NCBI GenBank assembly: GCA_000934665.2
Contig: KZ538104.1
Location: 1 to 64,000 of the forward strand
Reading direction: 5' to 3'
DNA: 64,000 nucleotides
DNA from: Catajapyx aquilonaris
Taxonomy: Eukaryota
The first letter of the stretch is position 1; each line of letters starts with the position of its first letter. The notes beneath the pieces were generated by a model. It worked only from the letters and a program-made list of their open reading frames with translations. It was not told the origin of the DNA and did no database searches. The position numbers and the translations under genes were made by a program. Positions 42,407-52,910 of the stretch are shown in pieces.

Positions 42407-42859
42407 TTACTTGTCAATCTTGGCAATACTAGTAGCGGTGTATAGTCGAGGGAACAACTTGTCATGTTTGTGTCTGAAATTTAGGTATGGTTTGGGTCCA
42501 GTGTGAGACAACGAAGATTTTCCCAGGATTTCCACTGGACTTCCCCTGTGTTGTTTCCACCCTTTCTTTTTTATTAGGGAAGTAAGGCACCGCCGGTGAC
42601 ATTTAGTGGCCAATACGTCGAGCCAAGTGCCGCATTGATTACCGTATAAATTTTGAGGGTCGCCTTGTCGGTTAAGGAAACCTTCCCATAAGGACAAGCG
42701 GAAACTCGAGCTGGTTAGAAGCAGGAGGACACAATGTCCGTTTGGTAGATGCAGCTTCTTCTTTCCACCCGTAAATAATCTGGGAGTATACGCAGATCGC
42801 ATGTGGGATGTCAAGAGCACCACCCTTTTTAGTAAACCAGGGGTAAAAAGAACCAACAA
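42407..42859 (-). pseudogene. Decayed ORF with a Ulp1/C48 (SUMO-protease)-like motif pattern, possibly transposon-derived
   Basis: The 150-aa ORF contains LHLPNGHCVLLLL (resembles the P..HW.L catalytic-His motif; the TGT codon is one change from TGG) and PQNLYGNQCG (in register with PQQxNGxDCG around the catalytic Cys). The catalytic Asp motif is absent and the His-to-Cys spacing is shorter than usual. Confidence 0.25.
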
Positions 42860-44012
42860 CCGAGGGGGGTTTTATAGACCAGTAAAAAGATTAGGCTGTG
42901 GACGCCCATATCCGGAGACATTGTCCATTGTTTCCAGTGTGCGTCTTAATCGCGCGCGACGCTAACGCTGCTGGATTTCGATCAGGGTATATAGGCGACA
43001 CACAAGGTGTTTGGTTGGCGACAAAACATCTAGTGCAGGTCAGCATCTTTTGTCGCAAACAGATTCCAACGTGTCTAATGATGTTAGTGAGAAAATATGA
43101 CAACAATCTGTCCATTTGCAGTTTATTACGAGTAACGAATCGAAAATTAGGGAATTGCATTGATTATTTTTAATGTGGGGGAAAATGCTTCCAAACTACA
43201 TGTTTGCAGTAATAGGTAAGAGTTAGAAAAATGTATGCGCCTTATAGGCAAATCAGGTCATGAACGTCACGGGATGTGTTTTATTTTAAGCTCCTTGATT
43301 CACCCTGCCCGAGAGTCTTAATCCTCTCCCTTGAAGTAGTCTTGTCCAAATAAATACCACCGGTCGCCGCTCTTTGTACAGACGTGTTTGTTGGTGTTGG
43401 AAACAAAGCGATGGTGCCAGAAGCCACCTGGTTCCATCACCGCAGTGACGAGAGACACACACACCCAGTCTCAGCAGGTGGACAACCTAGCCCTATACTT
43501 CAACCCTTGCCATCTTTCACCCAACAAACATATTGTCCTATGCCTTCACTCCGCACAGGATGGGGCCAAAGAGGATTGTTCACTTCAGCAACAATCACAG
43601 TAGTTGCTTGGGTAAATCGTGGAATTCTAATTGTGTAATACCGTAAGAATAACGCAGCACACTCCTTATCTTATTTTTTACCATTCAAATCATCACATAA
43701 CCCTTCCCCAGCCTGGTTTCCTCTTACGTCACGTTATAAATAAATATGGCGCATTTCAATACCTAATTCGTTCCTGTCAGAAGGGGAACCAAAATGGCGT
43801 ACATTTCACCTGTCGCTGCCCTTTCCTTGCCTTAATACGTCACACCATGTAGTAGTAGTAACACGAGTGAAGGGGGCCCAAGATGGAACGACCGCCATTT
43901 GTCTAGCAAACCAAAACTTGTCTCCAGAGACAGATGCCATTTTTGCACGGATATGAATTTCACGCGACTGTCAGGATCAAAAGCAACCTTGTTAAAGGTA
44001 TAATAAATTGAG

Positions 44013-44762
44013 TTGGCAGAGTACGAGCAAAAAATACACGACCTTTATTGGAAGGAAGGAATTCGTTACAAGCATAAGTTACTAACAAACTATGTAGTCC
44101 GACTCCCTCATATTCCTCTGGAAGGTTTATCGATGGTTGCAACTGAGAAGATGTCAGTGGCCCAGAAGACATCAAGCGAATGGCCTCGTTTACAACACAC
44201 CCTTTCTCGCCTGTATGATTATTCATACCCGTAATCTTGGCTCCATTTGAGTAGCTGTTACTCCTGCAGCGCACATATCTGCGAGAATGCAGTCCTTTGA
44301 GCCAGCAGTGGATGCAGTGATGGCCCGGATGAACTACACGGAGCGTATATGCACTTTCCTGGGCGTAAACCTCCAAATCCGGGCAAGGAAGCACATTCCG
44401 ACCAACTCCGGATCGCAACTACCCTGCTTACCAGTTAAGCCCGCCAGTCTGGAAATTACAAGGTGTTCATGCACTCCACGGGACTCCGGCAACGCGCACT
44501 TTACCAACTCGCATTGCAATCAAGTCATTCGGACGCTACCCGTTTATTCCGTCAGACTAACCCTTATCCCAGGAACTTCACATATGTGAGGCGTCAGTTC
44601 AAAAAGTTACTTGTTCATTACGGTACAGGAGACGCAAAGAGTCACTATACAAGCTCATATACAGTCGCTTGTGTGCATTTAATTTCCATATGGGAACATG
44701 CATCATGCATAGAAAACTATTGTTGCGAGCACGATAATTCTTTGTATAGAAGTTGTTCCTAA
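44013..44762 (+). pseudogene. Coding-like relic of unknown origin (fragmented ORFs)
   Basis: ORFs 44013-44234 and 44463-44762 share one frame (the first ORF's stop plus two further stops between them), and ORF 44287-44589 overlaps in another frame. The sequence lacks the homopolymer tracts typical of the rest of the window. No domain recognised. Confidence 0.2.
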
Positions 44763-45930
44763 CAATATTTTTATTTTATTTTAACAATTAACCTAAGTTC
44801 TATTCTTATTCTGAGTTGCGAGATTCTGGAGCTTCACGTGGTGAATGTGCAATTCTATCGATATTCGAATGGCCATAGAAGGAGGTAGGGATATTCCAGA
44901 ATTTTAATTTTAATTTTCATGGGAATGCTATATACGTGAAGTCCCACTTTTCCCCTGTAGCTTACTGTCCATTACCATTGGTCTTCAATAAAATTGATGA
45001 TTTCGAAAGCCTGATTGCACATAGCAGCAAACCTTCAAATGATGTGTTTCAGTGATAAAAATGAATGTGCACGTGACAAATTCATTGAAGCTCAGAATTT
45101 GTGAATTGCTACAATCATCTTTGAAAATGGGACATCATTTACCATCAGTATAATAAAAGAAAAGGGAAAATCATGTAAAGTAGTTAGCGCCTTGTGGCCA
45201 TTTGAAAAGCATAAAAATTGCAAATTCAATAATTCATATGCAGATTTTCACTATTCAAAGGATAGGACCACTAAAATAAATTGAGTCCAACTTTTCCCCC
45301 TAACATCGTTAGGAACAACTTCCACTGAAAGTTATCGCAAAACGCAACAATTACCGAGCACATCTTTCATAATGTACCGTGCCGTTTGTAATGTCAGAAG
45401 CAGTTTATAAGTTACTGTATCCAGCCATCACACAAATACATTGTTTGATTGGTTATTTTCATGCGGACAAGGAATATGCCCACATAATACTGTTCTCTGA
45501 TTGCCCAGTTAGGTTAGGCCTGCTTAGTACTTCATAAAACGATGAAAAGCACATTTTTCCTCGGTGGTTATCTTTTCATGTTTCCAGCACCATAATTAAA
45601 TTATGATGTGATGAAACAGCGACTGTCCATGTGTAACGAGTTGGCGGAAAAAAAGCGAGGTTGTGGAGTATATAGCGATGCTGCCCATAAATGATTCCTG
45701 GCAGACCACTTTGGTCGGATCGGAGGCAAAAGCTCTGGTGCTCGTTTGGGATTCCCAAAGTGAGCCCAACTGTGGAAAGAGAGACTGGACACACACTGGG
45801 CAGCATTTGATCGGGCAGGATTTCACACTCGTGCTGGCCGGACACGCCTGAGTGGACGCCTAGTGTCCGGCCACAAAGGGAGCTTCCACCTGGCCCCATC
45901 GATGCTGTCCCAGCCTCGGAGCAAAAAGAG

Positions 45931-45951
45931 AAGAAGAAGAAGAAGAAGAAG
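45931..45951 (+). repeat. (AAG)7 microsatellite
   Basis: Direct reading of the sequence. Confidence 0.9.
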
Positions 45952-47341
45952 CCCCCACAGAGGGCCTGGAACCAATTTGGGTTCAGGTCCCGCTCTGGGG
46001 GGGGTTTCAAGTCCATCCCCTCCCACCCACCCACCCTCAGGATTCACAAGAGGAAGAAGCGCCTTTTTCCTCACAAAGCCCACCGGGACATTCCTCCATA
46101 ACTTCTGCCACGTCAAAGCAGCAGACTCTTCCTCGGAAAGGTGGGCCTCCACAGAAAAATATATGGGTTTGTTACACGCGTGTGACAGGGTGTTTCTGGA
46201 GGACGGCTGGAGCCTTGAAGACGGGGGAGGGGGAAAAAGAGGATTCCCGTGAGGGTTATCCGGAACTGTATGGCAGGAAGGAGGCCTCCTCAGCACATGC
46301 CTAATGCCGAACCAATTTTTGGAATTTTTGGAACATTTCTCACAGTCCAACTTGACATGGAGAATCACCCTGTAGCTGCCAGCACGGCCTGTTTAAATTT
46401 CAGAGAGTGATTCTGGAGTTGACAGAGGCGGCGATGGACAAGCGGCCAAGGTGTGCGGGTCTGTGTCTGGACAAGGTCGTCAGCATCCGGGGCAGAAAAA
46501 GCCGCCTATAAATCAGGCCGCCTGAAAAGGTCCTAGGCATTGGGGTAGGTCTAACTTACCCCTGGGTCTACTCCTCCTCCCCCCTTTTTCCTCCGCCCTG
46601 AAAGTTGTGACACGTTTCGAGACAAACAGATATAGTGGGGGGAGAATAGCATTGTCTCGAAATGGGGGGGACTTGGTCATTGCCTCTCGCTTCCTGCTCC
46701 AACCATTGTGCCTATTCCCGACCCTATGCTGGGAAATGGGCCATCTTGTTCCAAAATGTGAGTTTGATTTGGACCCGGATTTGGATCTCCCGGCCAACCT
46801 CGCGTGCTGCCACCTTATGAATAAACGGGCAGTAAAACCTAGTAAACAGCTGACACTCTGTGAATTACCACCACGGCTTATTAACCCTGGAGTATTTTAA
46901 CCCTGGAGTAACGGGGTGGGGTCATAAAAGACCCCACATCACTCGTGGTAAGCAAAGACGCCAATATCCAAGCCAATATCCAAGCACTCAGAAACCGGAT
47001 GGAAAAATAGAAAATAATAACACAACTATAGTAAGTTTTAAAAATGTTTGTTGCTCGGAAAGAAAGAGCAGAGACGAATTTTTACACTCCCTGGGCGGCC
47101 CTGGGACGGGGAGAGATTGAGGTGAGGGATGAAGACCTTTGTGTTGATGTCATCTGCATGGTTTTCGGGTGACCGCACCAGTACTGTCCGTCTTGTGGCC
47201 CTCACGTCGCATTATTTTGCCAAAAAATAATAGCGAGCTGAGATCATGGGTTTTGAATCTGCCAACAATGCGGTCGTCATTGTCCAGGCCAACGAACGTT
47301 ATTGTGGTTTTTCCAATTTTCCATGGACACTCCCGTTGCCA

Positions 47342-47644
47342 TCCTTCTTCTAATCCGCCTATTATCTGTTTCGGATGTTTGTCCGACCTGATAGTACCCT
47401 CGCAAGACTTGAAAGGGGCAGGAGTGTGTAGGGGAATGGTGCGCCATCTATGCTTTAAAAATAGTACGATGTGGTAAATCTGCCTCCGGCGCGACACTAT
47501 CATCCGATGGAGAGAAATAACGTATTATAGAATCTAGTTTTATTTTATTTTTTTACCCCATTAGAGGGAGGAGCCCTTTTAAGGGGGACTAGAATCTCGT
47601 ATTATAGAAGAAGTGTTGCCAAATTTTGGCAACGGGTTTATTGG
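47342..47644 (+). mobile_element. Non-autonomous Helitron-like element, copy B (about 300 bp, with internal insertion)
   Basis: Starts A|TC (TCCTTCTTCTAATCC...). It shares TCGGATGTTTGTCCGAC, TGATAGTA, GGCAGGAGTGTG and GTAC.ATGTG.TAAATC with copy A in the same order. The 20-mer TTGCCAAATTTTGGCAACGG (47616-47635) is the exact reverse complement of 40370-40389. The position equivalent to the terminal CTAG reads TTGG|T. Confidence 0.7.
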
Positions 47645-49594
47645 TTTTTACCTAAATTCGGACAGACTTACCGGATATCCCCTACCTGCATATTCCCATT
47701 ACCAAAACGACGTAAATGCCACCGAGCTTTCTTTCCCTTTGAGGTTTGCTAATTGTTTAGCGAAGTAACCCTTCGCTAGGTTTGAATGTCACTAAAAATG
47801 ACATATAACATCTCGTAAAGAATTTGTTTTTGACAGGCAGCAATTGCAAGGGGTCGACGCTCGTATATTTCGGGGTTAAACAAAAAGCAGATGGCCACCG
47901 CCGCGGGGGCCAGGTACCGGTGAATATACCGCAAATATTTTGCTCGTTTTTGGGAACAAATCGGCGCAAAAATATTGCACAAACCGGCTCCCCATCATAA
48001 TCTTGGAAATAATGGCGGGAGCTCGGGTCCTTTGTAACCCTCATCAGCGCCTCTTTACCATACGTACTCTTGATGTCTGCCTCTCTCTGTTGTTTTTATG
48101 GCCCGAGTGATCCCCCAGTACATGCGAGGGTCATGTTTTATTTACTCCCGCCGGGTTTATAAGTTTACAGCACCATAAAAAAGTAGGACTTGCTGTTCAA
48201 GCCCTTCACATGGTTCGGCCGCGATTTTGATCCCCCCTGGTGTTTATTGTGGCAACCAGAGAGGCAATCGTGGCAACCTGAAGAGCTCTGAAAAACCGCT
48301 GACAAAAGCCTGGCCATGCATGGTCCTCAGTCTCTCTCTGGCGCGTGTGTAAAAATTCAACGTACAGAGAGAGTCACTCTCTTTTTGTATTCCATCAGAT
48401 TGGCGAATTCGATGCCTTTATGCTAATCAGCCCCCACTGCCGTATTCGGACACCAAAAAAAAATGATGTTCATTTAAATTCCACTAGTGAATAAAAAATG
48501 TGGCGTACTTTTTTGAGGTTTGTCGTATAAATGGGACGCCCTCTGAATTCAGGTGATCGTACGTATTTGACACCGTTGGATTCCACTGCGTATACTTGCG
48601 TACTGTCACTTGTTCAATTGCTCTCAGCATTCCCTCTTGCCACATTCCTGAAATTGTGTGCAGGCAACATGATACAAATAGGCCAATGAGATAAGCAATT
48701 CCTAGCATATTGGCAGCTTGGACCAGCAGGGTTTTTCAAGTATATAAGAAGGCCTTCAACTGTAGCATTTCTGAAGAGTTGGGGCCACCCAATTTCTTTA
48801 AACTGAAAAAGATAGCATTTTTTACAAATTTTTTATCCACTGAATGTGATCGCATCTCAGGTCATTTTATGCATGCGAGACGCATTCGGGTGGTTTTCGA
48901 CCCTTTCCTCTCCGGACAGGTAAGGCTTATCTTTGGACTGACGGGGACGACCATTATTTCAATAATGGTAATAGTGGCTGCCGGGCTATTACTATTATTA
49001 TCAGGAAGTAAGACATTATTTCCGCTGCCTAAGTTATGTAACGAACCGCATTTAAATCTTAGACAAGGCTGACAATGGGACAGCAATGTTTCAGGCTATG
49101 TTGCATGTGGACTTCAGCAGCACCTGTTCTAAGATGGCATAGTTGATGGCCATCTTACAGTAACACTGTTCCGTATAGAGCCCACGTGTCTAGTGCCTGA
49201 AGTCTGGCAGGTGATTGTTTCAGTGCGCTGTAATTAGCGCCTAGACATTCCTCTCATTACCCATCTAATACCAGGCTACCAACATCGCACAATGCCATTA
49301 TCACTCCCCCTGTTCTTTTCAACCGTTGTTTTTGTGCATCATCCCCACTGTCTGAAAGCGGAAACGGAGTAGCAAAGACGTATAGAATGACGAAAGGTTG
49401 ATGAGCCAACAGATAATGAGTGCTTTATCCCCCCGGGGACTAGGCCTAGGGAGGCGGCATAGGGGAAGGCAGGCTCCCCAACCCAGCAATCCTTACCCCC
49501 GGGGGCCTCTGGTGCCCAATCCATCCATCAGTCGGAGGCAGACAAACCATCAGGGTCCTAAGTAGTAATTTTCCGGCGCATCGCAGACAGCAGG

Positions 49595-49598
<4 letters not shown>

Positions 49599-49630
<32 letters not shown>
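49599..49630 (+). repeat. (GA)16 microsatellite
   Basis: Direct reading of the sequence. Confidence 0.95.
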
Positions 49631-49633
<3 letters not shown>

Positions 49634-50007
49634 ATTTTGGAGGGGGTGGCCATATACCTGCAGGTTTTGACCCAAAACTCGAGGGGGACCTGCCAACCAC
49701 CGCGTGTCAAATCCGGGGGATTACATATGTGCCGAATTATGCCAACCCTACTGATGGCTTAGTCCGCTGATTTAGTTTATTAACAGTTGACGGGCAGGCC
49801 TGAAATATTGAACTGCTGCTTTAAAAAAAACATAGAAAAAAACTATCGTTTCGCAAGCTTTTTTCTTGGCCTGCGAGCTACGGTGGTGGAGGACATATTG
49901 TCAATCGCTTTGGCCTTCGCACAGCCCGGTTTATATCAGAACAGGTCCCAGAAAAGAGCGAAGTAGACTCTTCGGCGGCCAGCTGTTGAATGGATAGTTC
50001 TTCCCAC

Positions 50008-50095
50008 CCACCAGAGGCGCTGTCTCCACCCACTGCGCATGCGTCGAACGCGGGCCACCCGGAAGCGTCGCGGTAACAATATGAGGCGGACCAAT
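50008..50095. promoter_or_regulatory. Compact cluster of promoter-type motifs (CTCF-like, NRF1/ewg, ETS, CCAAT)
   Basis: CCACCAGAGGCGC (50008-50020), TGCGCATGCG (50034-50043), CCGGAAG (50059-50065) and CCAAT (50091-50095) lie in a CpG-rich 90-bp patch followed by an AT-rich tract. Confidence 0.3.
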
Positions 50096-52816
50096 AAGAG
50101 CACGATTTTAATCGATTTTAATATTATAGATTAATTAATTTACATACCAGGTGCTTCCATGGTTCAGTACTAGCTGTTCATAGTTCACAACCTGCCCATT
50201 GTCAGTAGGATGATTTTTTATTTCGGAAATGTTGGCAATCCTGGGCTGGTAATTCGCCTGTCAAAAAAAAAAATCCGGGGGCGTATAAAGGGGAGGGAAA
50301 CGAAACAATCTGTTGGCTTTGGCAAGTTGGGTGGTTGCTCTTGCTGAAGAGTGGTCCTGGGCCCTGCTGCAGGTGGTGCACACAACCCAATAGGTGTATA
50401 CCTGTTTTTTGTGCGTCGTCGACGCAACGACGCTTGGTGGTGACGTTAAGAGCCGGGGTGTGGTCTCGAACTGTCCAGGGTGTATACGTATCGGTAGAGA
50501 TAATCGGCTCCGATTTGCTCAATCAGTCACTGCACCTTGTCTGTTGAGTTTGGAGTTGCTGCTTTGCACGATTTAAGAAGCTGCTCTCGATCCGGATACA
50601 TTGTCTCAAAGTGCTAACCATGTTCGGTGTAGCCAGCAAATCTGTCTCTCCTGGCCATGTTCAGAGAGTTTCGGTTGTCCAATGAAAAATCTGGTTTACG
50701 GTGGTGTCAAATAACAGTACACACTCTGGTGCATTGTTTAGCCCAGCAACCGGTTGGAAGGCGCATTCAATTGTTGTAATTAAACTGGTTGATGGGAGCC
50801 AACAATCCGCTCTGTTGAATAGACACACTGGTTTTAGAGCTGCCTTTTACAGCATTATGCGATTGGATACAGTTCGCACATGCAGCGTGGTGGTGACATA
50901 TGTGGTTTTAGGGTAAATTATGGAAATGGTATCACAGTTGTGCCTGCATCTGATTTAAATTAACAGCTTGAGGGCTGGACAGTATCGCAGGTTAACACCG
51001 GGTAGTGGTCAGCCTCGCCTGTATGATGGGAGTTACAGAGATAAGCTGATGTGCTCACGTGGTAAACCTTCATAATTAACATTGCATTTTTGTAAGTACT
51101 GCACATTCAAATGGTGCCAGAAAAATATTGTGCACACATTCGGACCTGAACATTTCTGAGACGAATTTCTTGTTGTACTGTAGACCGGCAACGCCATCAT
51201 GTTTGGTGACACGCCCATTTTTTTAAAAAAAAAAGAAGCATGACAACTGTTGTGACAGCTTCAACCACTTCTGGTGAGATGACAAAATAAACCCTTGCCA
51301 ACCACCTAATTTTAAATAATTTGTCTTGCCTATTTTTTAAAAAATGAAGCCACCAAAATAGGGGATCATTCCTACCAGAATTCCTACCAGATACTCCCCC
51401 CCCCTTCTTATCCATCCAGCAGCAAACGACTCCCCTAATCAAAGTAGGCATTACCCTGACCTGGTTTTTTCGCAAGAAGGCAGGCCTATATTCATTTTTC
51501 ATTCTCCGGACTCGATTGTTGTAATCATCTTTTCCTCGGAATGGGAGCAGCTTGTCGCCTGATGCCCAAATTCGTACTTGTCAAGGTCCCCCCCTTGCCC
51601 GATTGGGTCCAGGGGCTGAGGAGGAGGAAAGCGGCACCTCTTTCGAGGATGGCCTACTGCCACCGGGTACCATCAGAGACAGATGGATGGTTGTCACCGG
51701 AGCCAAACGAGGAGGCCCTCTCTTAGCCCCCATCCCAGCAGTCAGTCACTCGTGCGCCAAATGTTGCTTCCAGAGACAGAAGTCAACCTGTGCCAGTCAA
51801 CTCGAGTGTATCTAATTGCCATACTGTGGGGGGCTGGATAGGAGCCGGGGGAGAATACCTCACATGTGTGGTTGGACCCCGGATTTATGGCGGTGCTATT
51901 TATTGAATTAAATTGGGCTCGAAGGACCGCCTGCAGTTGGTACTCGTTTTTATAGGAGGCTCATTCGTTGGATTGAATTTTGCGGTTGCGGTGTAGAAAA
52001 TGGCAGCCGTTACAGCGGGGTAATGTATGTAATGCTAGAGGACTTATTAATATTGTAACCTGGTCCATTATTATTAGACACAGAGTTGAACACACGTCAC
52101 GTATAGCGGATCAATGACCTGAATTTCATGCTGTGTATAGAGGCTGTGAGATAAGTTCATTTGAAGTAAATCAGACACGTATTGATCCGAGTTCGACTAT
52201 AGAGAGCGTTTCGTTCAGATTAGATATTGTACTCCTAATTGATTGCGAATAATTTATGCTAGTTTTGATGTCGGAAAGGGAACGTGAATGCTGCTCAGTG
52301 GTGAATTATTGAAGCCACTGTCGCCATGCCATGACTCTGCATCAGAGTCTGTAAATGACATGTTTTTAAGAGCAACATGTTTGTATAGTATGAATCAAAA
52401 TATTATTGCCGAAGGGAGAAAGAGGAAAGGAAGAATTACTCCCAAAGCATTATGAATAAGTTGTTCGCCTCTTTTGGTAAATAGCGGAAAGGAAGGCCCG
52501 AGCGGCAAAAGATAATATCTAAGGCTTTTGAATAATGGTCCTGGAGTTACTTTGTGCCCTATCGATTCAGGGTTCAAAGTTTTCCATTAGACTCTGCTAT
52601 ATGCGTCTATGCATACTGTAACTATAATTTTGCGCCCCACCCCCCATCTTGATCCTCCTCCCTCACTTTTCCGGCACTTTCTAGTCTTCATTTTTAATTG
52701 AAAAAAAGAAGAACCGAAAGCGAAGTTAATGACATACAGTGTTGAATCTTCTCCTATGCTGTAAGTCAAGGTTTAACTAATAATGTAGAAACGCAATCAT
52801 CCACGCTGCATAACTA

Positions 52817-52910
52817 CAGGGTGACCCAAAAGTCTGGACACGTATATGTAATAATATTATATTGTTGATAATATTACCTATAGCTGTGTCCAGACTTTTT
52901 GGTCACCCTG
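52817..52910. mobile_element. Tc1/mariner-type MITE (94 bp), intact copy
   Basis: 25-bp terminal inverted repeats CAGGGTGACCCAAAAGTCTGGACAC (52817-52841) and GTGTCCAGACTTTTTGGTCACCCTG (52886-52910) with one mismatch. TA flanks both sides (52815-52816, 52911-52912) and the core is AT-rich. Confidence 0.88.

Noticed and set aside
46361..46414. CACCCTGTAGCT resembling miR-10/miR-993 5p with a flanking AGAATCAC/GTGATTCT stem
   Set aside because: The interior does not pair and there is no CTACAGG-containing 3p arm.
46881..46985. Two short tandem duplications (TTAACCCTGGAGTA x2; CCAATATCCAAG x2)
   Set aside because: Real, but ordinary replication-slippage duplications with no further structure.
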